Of a stretch of 64,000 bases of DNA, positions 55,741-63,782 are shown piece after piece (position 1 is the first letter of the stretch; each line of letters begins with the position of its first letter). Made by a program: the position numbers and the translations under genes. The notes below the pieces were generated by a model. That model was not told the origin of the DNA and did no database searches. It saw nothing but the letters and a program-made list of their open reading frames with translations. This stretch comes from Escherichia phage vB_EcoM_01: sequence record PP129558; one strand, given 5' to 3'.

Positions 55741-55992
55741 ATGCCGATCACTCCCCATTTGGGGTTCGAAGGATATATGCAAAATAGCTTTTATTTTAGG
55801 TGCCGTGCTTGTAATAGGCATTTGACAAACCACTCCAGACGTGATAAAAATGGAGTCATCAAGGAATCAGACCTCTGTTCTATTTGCACAGGTTTGGCTT
55901 TTGATGATAGTCCCGAAAGGGTTTATCAGCATCAATATATAACAGACGTTCTCGTGTCAAACTTGGTAGAGGACGAACAACTAACAGATTAG
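55741..55992 (+). CDS. Hypothetical zinc-ribbon-like protein
   Basis: CRACNRH ... CSICTG. Confidence 0.4.
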   Translation: MPITPHLGFEGYMQNSFYFRCRACNRHLTNHSRRDKNGVIKESDLCSICTGLAFDDSPERVYQHQYITDVLVSNLVEDEQLTD

Positions 55993-56000
55993 GAGGAACA

Positions 56001-56249
56001 ATGTCTCTATTAGAAAAACACGTGTTTGAAGATGGTAACGGCAATGCAGTTTTTCTTTTCCATCCAGAAAAATACACATCTGAAAATAATGGTACAACTT
56101 CTATTGTAATCACTAAAGATGTTAAAGTTATTGATTTCTTGGCTCTGATGCGAGAGATGGATCTTGAAATTAATACTTTTAACGCAGAAGCTTTGGTTGT
56201 TGCTCTTCTGGAAAAGAAAGATAGTGAAGAAGTAGCAGAATATGCTTAA
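56001..56249 (+). CDS. Hypothetical protein
   Basis: ORF with AGGAGG RBS. Confidence 0.4.
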   Translation: MSLLEKHVFEDGNGNAVFLFHPEKYTSENNGTTSIVITKDVKVIDFLALMREMDLEINTFNAEALVVALLEKKDSEEVAEYA

Positions 56250-56256
56250 ATAACTA

Positions 56257-56286
56257 TTGACAAACGTATCCTTCATATGTTAGGAT
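56257..56286 (+). promoter_or_regulatory. Candidate sigma70-like promoter ahead of ncRNA/tRNA region
   Basis: TTGACA at 56257, TAGGAT 18 nt downstream. Confidence 0.35.
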
Positions 56287-56299
56287 ACGTTCATCAAGT

Positions 56300-56490
56300 G
56301 TGGTAACAGGGTCGTTGATTTTTGTTAAGAGGGGCTTGCACTGCGGTAGTGTTAGAGACTACTTCTTCAGAGGTTAGCTACCAAAGAGGAAAAGGAATAG
56401 TCTCGGCTCAAGAACTTTTACGCTGAAAGTTGGGCTTGGTCTTAGAGAATGTAGCGATTCTCTACAATCGTCAGCGTCTCTGTTACCACA
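56300..56490 (+). ncRNA. Candidate structured small RNA closed by a long-range helix
   Basis: GTGGTAACAG (56302-) pairs with CTGTTACCAC (56480-); internal hairpins GAGACTA/TAGTCTC and AGAGAAT/ATTCTCT; no ORF. Confidence 0.35.
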
Positions 56491-56495
56491 TTTAT

Positions 56496-56570
56496 GGCCC
56501 TGTAGCTCAATGGGAGAGCTGTCGGCTCATAACCGATAGGTAGCTGGATCGAAACCAGCCAGGGCCACCA
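56496..56570 (+). tRNA. tRNA with CAT anticodon (Met, or Ile via lysidine)
   Basis: Hand-folded cloverleaf: acceptor GGCCCTG/CAGGGCC, anticodon loop CTCATAA, CCA encoded. Confidence 0.65.
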
Positions 56571-56572
56571 AC

Positions 56573-56647
56573 GTCTTTATGGTGTAATGGATAGCACAGG
56601 AGTCTTCTAAACTCTTAGTCAAGGTTCGATTCCTTGTAAAGACACCA
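56573..56647 (+). tRNA. tRNA-Arg (anticodon TCT)
   Basis: Acceptor GTCTTTA/TAAAGAC, T-arm CAAGG-TTCGATT-CCTTG, loop CTTCTAA. Confidence 0.6.
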
Positions 56648-56844
56648 GAACATTTTAACATGAATTAGCTCAAGTGATTTGAACCCACTACTGATCATGG
56701 TGGCAGAGAATGAGGCAAGTATGTCAGACATTATAAACAAAGGCCACGGTTATATTAGAAGACATAAATGCTCGAAGAGCACCGTTCGTGGAGAGCGGGG
56801 GTTGGTGGAGTCACCATTCATGGTAAAATGTTTTAAAAAACTAT

Positions 56845-56879
56845 TGACAACTAACATTATTTTATGTTAGATTATAAGT
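56845..56879 (+). promoter_or_regulatory. Sigma70-like promoter upstream of tRNA-Ser genes
   Basis: TTGACA at 56845; TTAGAT/TATAAG -10 candidates; upstream A tract. Confidence 0.4.
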
Positions 56880-56881
56880 AT

Positions 56882-56972
56882 GGAAGGGCAAATCGACGTG
56901 GCGACGAAAACGGTCTTGAAAACCGCCGAGCTTGAAAGAGCCTTGGGAGTTCGACTCTCCCTCCTTCCGCCA
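56882..56972 (+). tRNA. tRNA-Ser (anticodon TGA), long variable arm
   Basis: Acceptor GGAAGGG/TCCTTCC, loop CTTGAAA, T-arm GGGAG-TTCGACT-CTCCC; D-arm irregular. Confidence 0.55.
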
Positions 56973-56977
56973 GATTA

Positions 56978-57063
56978 GGTAGATTGGTGAAATGGTAGCC
57001 ACGACAGTTTGCTAAACTGTAGTCGGAAACGGCGTGTAGGTTCGAGTCCTACATCTACCGCCA
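56978..57063 (+). tRNA. tRNA-Ser (anticodon GCT), long variable arm
   Basis: Acceptor GGTAGAT/ATCTACC, anticodon arm ACAGT-TTGCTAA-ACTGT. Confidence 0.7.
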
Positions 57064-57193
57064 AGTTCTTTTTAATGTAGCTTACTTTAGCAGAGTAAAT
57101 CTTCGGCAAGTGGCGGTAACCACTTTACCGATACCTCATAGTTAGTGGTGAGAACACTGGCTATTTTAAAAAGAATTTAAATATTAGTATTTA

Positions 57194-57281
57194 GGTGAGT
57201 TAATTCCGTAGGGGTAGCGGGGCAGACTGTAAATCTGTTATCATTGCGATTCGGGTGGTTCGACTCCATCACTCACCACCA
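57194..57281 (+). tRNA. tRNA-Tyr (anticodon GTA), long variable arm
   Basis: Acceptor GGTGAGT/ACTCACC, loop CTGTAAA. Confidence 0.6.
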
Positions 57282-57287
57282 AATTAA

Positions 57288-57373
57288 GATGAGTTGGCTG
57301 AATGGTTTAAGCGGCGGACTGTTAATCCGTGTTCGAAAGAACAATATAGGTTCGAATCCTATACTCATCGCCA
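57288..57373 (+). tRNA. tRNA with long variable arm, anticodon uncertain (best fold reads GTT)
   Basis: Acceptor GATGAGT/ACTCATC, T-arm ATAGG-TTCGAAT-CCTAT; D-arm poorly formed. Confidence 0.45.
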
Positions 57374-57463
57374 GAATTATGGACTTGTAGAGTTAAGGTA
57401 AACCCCCAGTCGCCAATAGGCTTCTGGAATTGCAGGTATCGAATCCTGCCGAGTCCCAGCATT

Positions 57464-57538
57464 GCTCCTATAGTATAATGGCTATTACAACGGTTTTGTA
57501 ATCCGTGGATCTCTGTTCGATTCAGTGTGGGAGCACCA
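57464..57538 (+). tRNA. tRNA-Thr (anticodon TGT)
   Basis: Acceptor GCTCCTA/TGGGAGC, loop TTTGTAA, T-loop TTCGATT. Confidence 0.55.
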
Positions 57539-57811
57539 ACACAACATTAAGAGCACTGTGATTGATCGTCGTATCCTGTGCACAAGGTCTGCTCGAAAGA
57601 CAGTGTTCTTAGTATTGTGTTGATCACAAAAAGAGTCACCCGAAACTTGACCGGAGTAGGGTTGGATGGGGCAAAATGAGAAGCGGCTCTCCCATCGACA
57701 GCAACGAAGAATAATATTTGACTTTGGTTTTGTATTATTTTAAGTTAGCTTACCGAACGTAGGGCTAGTCACCCAACGGGATACTCGTCACTGTCCCAAT
57801 CAATAAAAGTC

Positions 57812-57840
57812 TTGACAACAAATAGTAAAATGTAGTATAG
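57812..57840 (+). promoter_or_regulatory. Sigma70-like promoter (TTGACA-N16-TAGTAT) inside tRNA region
   Basis: Motif upstream of tRNA-Gly. Confidence 0.45.
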
Positions 57841-57852
57841 TAAATATATAGG

Positions 57853-57926
57853 GCGTTCTTGGTGTAGCGGTAGCATTCCGTCCTTCCAAGTCGGCGGCAC
57901 GAGTTCGATCCTCGTAGAACGCTCCA
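57853..57926 (+). tRNA. tRNA-Gly (anticodon TCC)
   Basis: Acceptor GCGTTCT/AGAACGC, T-arm ACGAG-TTCGATC-CTCGT, loop CTTCCAA. Confidence 0.6.
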
Positions 57927-58024
57927 AATTATTTAATAAAGGGTTGCCAGAAAACTTTCTCTTTTACTCATGGTTTTCTCCTTCTCTCACACTTCTTCTG
58001 GTTGCCCTTCATTAAATGATTTAT

Positions 58025-58100
58025 TGGTTTGTAGTGTAGTCCGGTAGCACACGACACTTTGACTGTCGTAGGTTTGGTTCAAATCCAGACAGACCAGCCA
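58025..58100 (+). tRNA. tRNA-Gln (anticodon TTG)
   Basis: Acceptor TGGTTTG/CAGACCA, anticodon arm CGACA-CTTTGAC-TGTCG. Confidence 0.65.
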
Positions 58101-58267
58101 TATAACGGAATTTAGCTCAGTTTGGTAGAGCGTACGCTTTGGGAGCGTAGGGTCGCAGGTTCGAATCCTGCAATNCNGACAGACCAGCCATATAACGGAA
58201 TTTAGCTCAGTTTGGTAGAGCGTACGCTTTGGGAGCGTAGGGTCGCAGGTTCGAATCCTGCAATTCC
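58088..58267. repeat. Exact ~90-bp tandem duplication spanning tRNA-Gln 3' end and tRNA-Pro, N bases at junction (probable assembly artifact)
   Basis: 58088-58177 equals 58178-58267; Ns at 58175 and 58177. Confidence 0.7.
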
Positions 58268-58272
58268 GACCA
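58196..58272 (+). tRNA. tRNA-Pro (anticodon TGG); a redundant copy at 58106-58182 lacks a proper 3' end
   Basis: Acceptor CGGAATT/AATTCCG, anticodon arm TACGC-TTTGGGA-GCGTA, T-loop TTCGAAT. Confidence 0.65.
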
Positions 58273-58278
58273 ATTAAA

Positions 58279-58352
58279 TGTTTCGTAGTTCAATGGTAGA
58301 ACCCACGACTGATAATCGTGAGACACAAGTTCGATTCTTGTCGAAACAACCA
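58279..58352 (+). tRNA. tRNA-Ile (anticodon GAT)
   Basis: Acceptor TGTTTCG/CGAAACA, anticodon arm CACGA-CTGATAA-TCGTG. Confidence 0.7.
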
Positions 58353-58430
58353 GTTTCCCGTTAGACTTACAGGATAAGAGATCCACAATTTATTGTGACG
58401 CTGGTTCGAATCCAGCACGGGATACCTAAT

Positions 58431-58509
58431 AGCGGGATAGAGGAGTCTGGTCGTCCTCGCCAGTTTCATATGCTGGAGATCATTGGTTCAAATCCAATTC
58501 CCGCCTCCA
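58431..58509 (+). tRNA. Second tRNA with CAT anticodon (Met/fMet or Ile2), A1-C72 mismatch
   Basis: T-arm ATTGG-TTCAAAT-CCAAT, anticodon arm CCAGT-TTCATAT-GCTGG. Confidence 0.5.
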
Positions 58510-58623
58510 AATATCGCTTGCCAGCGGTATCTTTGAAGACCTTGCCTGGTTCCTTCTAAGATGGAGGGGTGCGACTCCTTAACGCACAATTATAATAAAT
58601 CATTTCAAATTAACAGTATTTAT

Positions 58624-58650
58624 TAGCCTCCTTATTGGAGGCTTTTTGCT
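58624..58650 (+). terminator. Rho-independent terminator after tRNA cluster
   Basis: AGCCTCC-TTATT-GGAGGCT + TTTTT. Confidence 0.55.
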
Positions 58651-58666
58651 ATCTATTGAATAAAAC

Positions 58667-58695
58667 TTGACTTATTATTTTTTATATGTTAAGAT
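58667..58695 (+). promoter_or_regulatory. Sigma70-like promoter (TTGACT-N17-TAAGAT)
   Basis: Motif upstream of gene 58717. Confidence 0.4.
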
Positions 58696-58716
58696 AAAGT
58701 TTAGGAGGATTTTATT

Positions 58717-59013
58717 ATGCCTAAACTAAAACGTGGTCGTGGAAGACCAACAGCCGAAATGCAACAGATTTACGCAATGGATGCGGCGCAAGCAAGTGTA
58801 AAAGAATTATTTGCAGAGCATTATTTAGAAGCTATGCGGTATATTGTTGAACTTGTTAATGATAAGGATGCAGCAAAACCTCTCCGCTTCCAAGCAGCTA
58901 AAGCTATTAAAGAGCAAGTAGAAGAATGGTTAGAAGAACATTATGAAGCTATGGAAGAAGAAACCCCTGCCGTGCAGAATACAGATGACGTTCCTAAAAA
59001 GATCGTAATCTAA
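58717..59013 (+). CDS. Hypothetical protein with N-terminal RGRGRP basic motif (possible DNA-binding)
   Basis: AGGAGG RBS; KRGRGRPT AT-hook-like motif. Confidence 0.45.
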   Translation: MPKLKRGRGRPTAEMQQIYAMDAAQASVKELFAEHYLEAMRYIVELVNDKDAAKPLRFQAAKAIKEQVEEWLEEHYEAMEEETPAVQNTDDVPKKIVI

Positions 59014-59153
59014 TCCCTCTCCTCTCTTGGGGCTTTGCCCCTCCTCCTTGTTATTTTTAACACCCCTCTCCGAAAGGTTAGGGGCTTTTTTATTTTTAAT
59101 GCTTGCAATTGTATATCATTTTATGATAAGATCAGATATGAGGAGGATAAAAT

Positions 59154-59324
59154 ATGCGCAATTTTGTAGTTAAAAATGATTTTAACCGTTCTTCTTATCA
59201 TAAAGATAAAAAGAATGATTACACACGGGTTTGGAACTTGGAGGAAGAACTTTATGATGACAGAGAAGACTTGGGAAGAGATCCTAGCGGAGGCTCAACC
59301 AATGGAAGTGAAGAAGATAGTTAA
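59154..59324 (+). CDS. Hypothetical small protein (56 aa)
   Basis: Strong GAGGAGG RBS then ATG; preferred over out-of-frame table ORF 59176..59391. Confidence 0.35.
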   Translation: MRNFVVKNDFNRSSYHKDKKNDYTRVWNLEEELYDDREDLGRDPSGGSTNGSEEDS

Positions 59325-59374
59325 CAACGCCCCTTCTCTTCCTAAAATAAAATTTTATGAGGAAGTAGAAGATA

Positions 59375-59767
59375 ATGAATCTAAAGACTAAAACTGTATT
59401 AAGTTTTGTTTTAATTGTTGTTCTTATTCTTGCCGGAATGTTTGCTTATAACAAGATACGTGAGTCTGGCTACAAAGATGGTGTTGCCTATCAAACGCAA
59501 GTATATCAAGCAGCCCAAGCAAAAGCAAAACAAGATTTTGATGTTCTTCAAAAAAGAGCAGATGAAGAAAGAGCATTATTAAATACTCAAATAAACAACT
59601 TGTCTAAAAACAATGCACAATTAAAAGCAGATTTAGAGAAGAAGAAACAAACGATCAATGAGGATACAACGAATTATGCAAAAACTAATTCTGGCAGTAT
59701 GTCTTGCTTTGCCCCTAATGATGACGGGTTGTTCATCATCAACAAAAGTTTCCCCAGTTCTTATTGA
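59375..59767 (+). CDS. i-spanin (Rz-like): N-terminal TM anchor plus coiled-coil periplasmic domain
   Basis: TM segment VLSFVLIVVLILAGMFAY; charged coiled-coil; contains nested out-of-frame lipoprotein ORF. Confidence 0.55.
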   Translation: MNLKTKTVLSFVLIVVLILAGMFAYNKIRESGYKDGVAYQTQVYQAAQAKAKQDFDVLQKRADEERALLNTQINNLSKNNAQLKADLEKKKQTINEDTTNYAKTNSGSMSCFAPNDDGLFIINKSFPSSY

Positions 59768-60002
59768 TGAGTGTAAGGCTGTAGCCATAGAAAAGGTTAA
59801 AGGTCCAGATTCGGACTTGATGGATAAAGTATCGACACCTGTGCCATACACTAAAAATCAAATTGCAAAAGGGGTTAGTAGATCTGAAGTTGTTAACAAC
59901 CAAACTCAAAACAATGCTCTTTGGGAGCAAGATAGACGAAAGGTTCTAGGTTTACAAACATATATTAAAACACTGCAAGAAAAAGGTATTATTGCTGAAT
60001 AA
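59676..60002 (+). CDS. o-spanin (Rz1-like) outer-membrane lipoprotein, overlapping Rz in another frame
   Basis: Signal peptide with lipobox-like LMMTG-C; GAGGAT RBS; 92-nt overlap with Rz 3' end. Confidence 0.5.
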   Translation: MQKLILAVCLALPLMMTGCSSSTKVSPVLIDECKAVAIEKVKGPDSDLMDKVSTPVPYTKNQIAKGVSRSEVVNNQTQNNALWEQDRRKVLGLQTYIKTLQEKGIIAE

Positions 60003-60011
60003 GGAGGGAAT

Positions 60012-62087
60012 GTGGCAAAGAAAAAGGCAGCAGGTAGTTTAGCTGGAGTAGATATTGAAGTAAAGGCTCAACCAGGTAAACAGACTCTTGCAATGGATTT
60101 AATGCCAGAAGTTATGATTTATGGTGGTGCCGCTGGATGTGTTTCGGCTGAAACGGAATATCTTACAAAAGATGGTTGGAGGCAGATTAGTGAATATTCG
60201 GGAGAGGATATTTACCAATACAATCCTAAGAATAAGCGTTTAGAATTGGTAACACCTTATTTTGTAGAATATGATTTAAATGGAGATAACCTATACAGAA
60301 TAACAAATGGTGTAGGATTGTTCCAAGAACTTAGTATGGAACACCGTTTTGTATTCTATAAGAAAAAGAAATCAAAGAAACATTTCGAGATTCTTGTAGG
60401 AGATCTTATTGCATTACAGCAAATAGGAAAACCCCTGCAAGGTTATGTAGAAAATCCATTCGGTAAACGTGTTCCTTTTAACATACCTGGTAAAAAGAGC
60501 ACTTACTTAAAAATACACGAGGTTATTTCAACAGATGATAAGAAATATTGTTTTGAGACTCCAAGCAGCTATATTGTCTTTAGACGTGGCGATCACTGCT
60601 TCGTTACTGGGAATAGCGGCAAGTCTCGTCTGCTATTGCTGAAAGCTTTAAAATACGCCTACAAAGACCCTTTGTTTGGTGGAATACTTTTCCGTAAGAA
60701 CACCACTGCTCACCGTAAACCAGGTGGTCTGTTTACAGAAGCAAAACGTTTGTATCTTCCTTTACAACCACACGTAAAAGAAAGTACAATGGATATCATT
60801 TTTGAAGCCACTGGTGGTGGAACCCTCAAATTTGACCATTTGGAAAATGATAACGTAACAGCAGAAACAAACCATCAGGGTACACAGTATTCAATGGTAG
60901 GTTTTGACGAGTTAACCCACTTCACACAATATGAAATGCTCTATCTTCTGGGACGTATGCGTTCAGAGTCAGAAACAAGTTTCATGTTGTGCACATGTAA
61001 CCCTGACGCAGATAGTTGGGTTTTGAATTGGGTGTTACCTTATCTTGATGAGGGTGGTTATCCTAGAGAAGATATGTGTGGTAAACAAAAATATTTCATC
61101 ATTGTTAACGATGAACCTGTTTTTGCTGACACACCTGAAGAACTGAAAGAAAAATATCCAGAAAACTGTTTCATGGAAAACCCTAATACAGGGGAGACAG
61201 TTGTTATTGAACCACAAACTTTCGTATTTATTGGTGGGACAATATTTGATAACCCAGAACTCATTAGGCTTAACCCTAATTACCTAGCACAGCTTAAATC
61301 ACAAACAGCGATCAAAAGAGCACAGCTTCTGGACGGTTGTTGGTTTGCACGTATCCAGAAAGAATCTTTCTTTCAACGTGAATGGTTACATAAAATATCT
61401 TATAAAGATGTTCCTAACAATCTTAAACTAATGCGAGCATGGGATAAAGCTGTTTCAGTTCCTACAGAAACTTACCGTTATCCAGACTATACAACATCTG
61501 TCAAAATGGGTAAAGATCAAGATGGTAATATCTACATCTTTGGCGACTATGATTATGATGCTGTGGATGAGAAAAGTAAAATTTTCGGAAGGTTTCGAAG
61601 ACTACCTGGGGAAAGGGATAATTTGATTCTAAATCAATGTAAGATTGATGGACCAGAAGTTACAGTAGTGCTTCCTAAAGACCCATCTGGTGCTGGGACA
61701 ATAGAATACACAGAGTCTGCAAAGAAACTTATTCTAGAAGGTTTTGTTGTTAAACCAGATGCTATGCCAGGTAACAAGAAAAAGCTTCAGCGTTTTATGC
61801 CTTTTAGTAGTGCGTGTCAAAACGGCTTTGTTTATATTGTTGAAGATTCTTTCCCTAATGTGGAAACTTTAACCCACTTTTATAAAGAATTGGAATCTTT
61901 CAATGGTGAAAGATCTACAGCCACTATTAAAGATGACATTCCCGATGCTGCTGCCTCTTGTTTTAATACTCTGTCAAAAGAGAATACTTTCAAAGCAGTA
62001 GCAATCCCTACAACAACAAATGCTCCTACAGGATACAGTAGAATGAACAGCGGATTTCACCAACCGTATAGTGTCCGTAAAAGATAA
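60012..62087 (+). CDS. terL: Terminase large subunit (ATPase + nuclease), interrupted by a probable mini-intein
   Basis: Walker B MVGFDE; P-loop GGAAG / SGKS split by ~159-aa insert; GTG start after AGGAGGG. Confidence 0.75.
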   Translation: MAKKKAAGSLAGVDIEVKAQPGKQTLAMDLMPEVMIYGGAAGCVSAETEYLTKDGWRQISEYSGEDIYQYNPKNKRLELVTPYFVEYDLNGDNLYRITNGVGLFQELSMEHRFVFYKKKKSKKHFEILVGDLIALQQIGKPLQGYVENPFGKRVPFNIPGKKSTYLKIHEVISTDDKKYCFETPSSYIVFRRGDHCFVTGNSGKSRLLLLKALKYAYKDPLFGGILFRKNTTAHRKPGGLFTEAKRLYLPLQPHVKESTMDIIFEATGGGTLKFDHLENDNVTAETNHQGTQYSMVGFDELTHFTQYEMLYLLGRMRSESETSFMLCTCNPDADSWVLNWVLPYLDEGGYPREDMCGKQKYFIIVNDEPVFADTPEELKEKYPENCFMENPNTGETVVIEPQTFVFIGGTIFDNPELIRLNPNYLAQLKSQTAIKRAQLLDGCWFARIQKESFFQREWLHKISYKDVPNNLKLMRAWDKAVSVPTETYRYPDYTTSVKMGKDQDGNIYIFGDYDYDAVDEKSKIFGRFRRLPGERDNLILNQCKIDGPEVTVVLPKDPSGAGTIEYTESAKKLILEGFVVKPDAMPGNKKKLQRFMPFSSACQNGFVYIVEDSFPNVETLTHFYKELESFNGERSTATIKDDIPDAAASCFNTLSKENTFKAVAIPTTTNAPTGYSRMNSGFHQPYSVRKR
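60138..60614 (+). other. Probable mini-intein (159 aa) in terminase Walker A motif
   Basis: Starts with Cys (CVSAETEYL), ends ...FVTGN followed by Ser; removal restores GGAAGSGKS. Confidence 0.55.
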
Positions 62088-62090
62088 TTG

Positions 62091-62119
62091 TTGACAAAAG
62101 TCACTTTAAAGTGTATTAT
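62091..62119 (+). promoter_or_regulatory. Sigma70-like promoter (TTGACA-N17-TATTAT)
   Basis: Motif between terL and downstream gene. Confidence 0.5.
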
Positions 62120-62188
62120 AACTAGATAGGTGAGGTTGTATATAATACAGCCTTGCCTTAACGATTTTATACCTGACTGGAGGAACAA

Positions 62189-63754
62189 GTGTCAACAGGA
62201 AAAAGAACGTACACTAAAAAGTCAGAATACTGGGACAAAGGTGCTGCAAATAAAGCTGCTCTCTCTCCAACAAAAGAGGCAGAGAAAGAGAAAACGTTAC
62301 TCCTGTCACCTGAAATAGGAACGATCGGATTAAACTCAATCAAAGCATTTACGAATTTCATGCAACCTTATGAGACTCGTTTCCCAGAATGTATTCGCAC
62401 TTTTAAAGAGATGGGTGAAGACCCTGATGTAGCTACTGCTCTTGATGCTACATATATCTTTGTAGATAGAGCATTCTTTGATTTCAAGATAAAATACAAT
62501 GTAAACTCGGCAAAGTCAAGAAAAGCTGCTAAGTTTATTGATTACATGTTACGCAATATGCAAGCCCCTCTACGTCAATATGTTAGATCACTTTTGACAT
62601 ATAAGCAATATGGTTTTGCATTTGCAGAGAAAGTTTATGAGTTGGATGAAGATCCTAAAAGTCCTTACTTTGGGTATTGGCGATTAACCAAACTGGCTTT
62701 TAGACCACAAGACACTCTTCACATGGCTCAACCTTTTACATATTCGGCAGACGGACGTTCTATTCTATCTGTTAACCAGAATATCACCAATACGATGTTA
62801 GCTCCAGGCAATACAACTTTAGAAACTGGTATTAAAGAAATTCCTTTCAGTAAAGTTTTATTTGTTGGTAGCAACATTACAGAGAATAACCCACTAGGAG
62901 TTAGTCCGCTTTTAGCTGTATATCGTAGCTGGCGTGAAAAATCTCTTATTCAGGAATTTGAGGTTATTGGGGTATCTAAAGATTTAGGTGGTATGCCAGT
63001 TCTTAAGGTTCCAAGTGACATTCTAAACAGGGCATCTTTAGATCCTGCTGGGGATGAAGCACAATCTCTTCGAGTTCTCCAAGCCAACATCGCTAACCTG
63101 CACTCTGGTGAGCAAGCCTACATGGTATTGCCTTCAGACGTTTATGAAGGCACAGTGATGCGTCAATACGATCTTGTATTCCAAGGTGTTGATGGCACAG
63201 GTAAACAGTTTGACACTCAAGCACTAATCAAACAACGCAAGCTAGATATTTATAACCGCTTTGGTGCGGGTGTGTTGATTATGGGTGATGGTGATGCAGG
63301 AAGTTTTGCGCTTTCTGACAACAAACAAACACTATTGTCTCATTTTATTGAGCGAGATGTAGATATTGTTGTAGAAGCTATAAACTCTCAACTGATCCCT
63401 CAAACACTACGACTAAACAATATCTTCCTTTCTGATGAAGATATGCCTAAGTTTGTCAGTGGTGAAATGGGTGATCCTGATATTGAAGTAAATGCTAAAG
63501 CTATTCAGCAGTTGGTAGCCTCTGGTGCAATACCTTTAACCCCAGAAGTTATTAACGAGTTCCTTGAAAAAATTGGTTTTGAATATCGCATCCCTGACGA
63601 TATTGTTGCCAATAAAGAGAAATTCTTTGAATTCATGGATAACTATATGCCTGACAAAACTTCACGATCAGGAGATGGTTTAGCTACAGCGGGAACTGGA
63701 ACATCTGATACTGTTTCTGCTTTAGATCCTTCAGCACAAAACCTGTCGAATTAA
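62189..63754 (+). CDS. Probable portal protein
   Basis: 521-aa ORF directly after terL; assigned by position and size only. Confidence 0.5.
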   Translation: MSTGKRTYTKKSEYWDKGAANKAALSPTKEAEKEKTLLLSPEIGTIGLNSIKAFTNFMQPYETRFPECIRTFKEMGEDPDVATALDATYIFVDRAFFDFKIKYNVNSAKSRKAAKFIDYMLRNMQAPLRQYVRSLLTYKQYGFAFAEKVYELDEDPKSPYFGYWRLTKLAFRPQDTLHMAQPFTYSADGRSILSVNQNITNTMLAPGNTTLETGIKEIPFSKVLFVGSNITENNPLGVSPLLAVYRSWREKSLIQEFEVIGVSKDLGGMPVLKVPSDILNRASLDPAGDEAQSLRVLQANIANLHSGEQAYMVLPSDVYEGTVMRQYDLVFQGVDGTGKQFDTQALIKQRKLDIYNRFGAGVLIMGDGDAGSFALSDNKQTLLSHFIERDVDIVVEAINSQLIPQTLRLNNIFLSDEDMPKFVSGEMGDPDIEVNAKAIQQLVASGAIPLTPEVINEFLEKIGFEYRIPDDIVANKEKFFEFMDNYMPDKTSRSGDGLATAGTGTSDTVSALDPSAQNLSN

Positions 63755-63782
63755 AAATATTTAATATTTTTTAATTTTTCTA

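Noticed and set aside
57381-57457. tRNA-like element (acceptor GGACTTG / CGAGTCC, T-arm GCAGG...CCTGC)
   Set aside because: I could not form an acceptable anticodon stem-loop by hand and no CCA is encoded; it may be a divergent tRNA or pseudogene and needs software confirmation.
58106-58182. Apparent second tRNA-Pro copy
   Set aside because: It lies in an exact 90-bp tandem duplicate with N bases at the junction and lacks a proper 3' acceptor/CCA; probably an assembly artifact.
47339-58267. Direct repeats considered as a CRISPR array or terminal repeats
   Set aside because: Each locus has only two copies with no spacer-repeat periodicity, and units cut through coding sequence or tRNA; no CRISPR array is present in the window.
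58355-58427. tRNA-like element with a good T-arm (GCTGG-TTCGAAT-CCAGC) and acceptor pairing
   Set aside because: No canonical anticodon arm found by hand (ACAATTTATTGT region); possibly an intron-containing or degenerate tRNA.
59176-59391. 71-aa ORF beginning MILTVLLIIKIK, considered as a holin candidate
   Set aside because: No SD sequence; an overlapping frame (59154..59324) has a strong GAGGAGG RBS. Hydrophobicity is limited to the first ~10 residues, so holin assignment is not supported.
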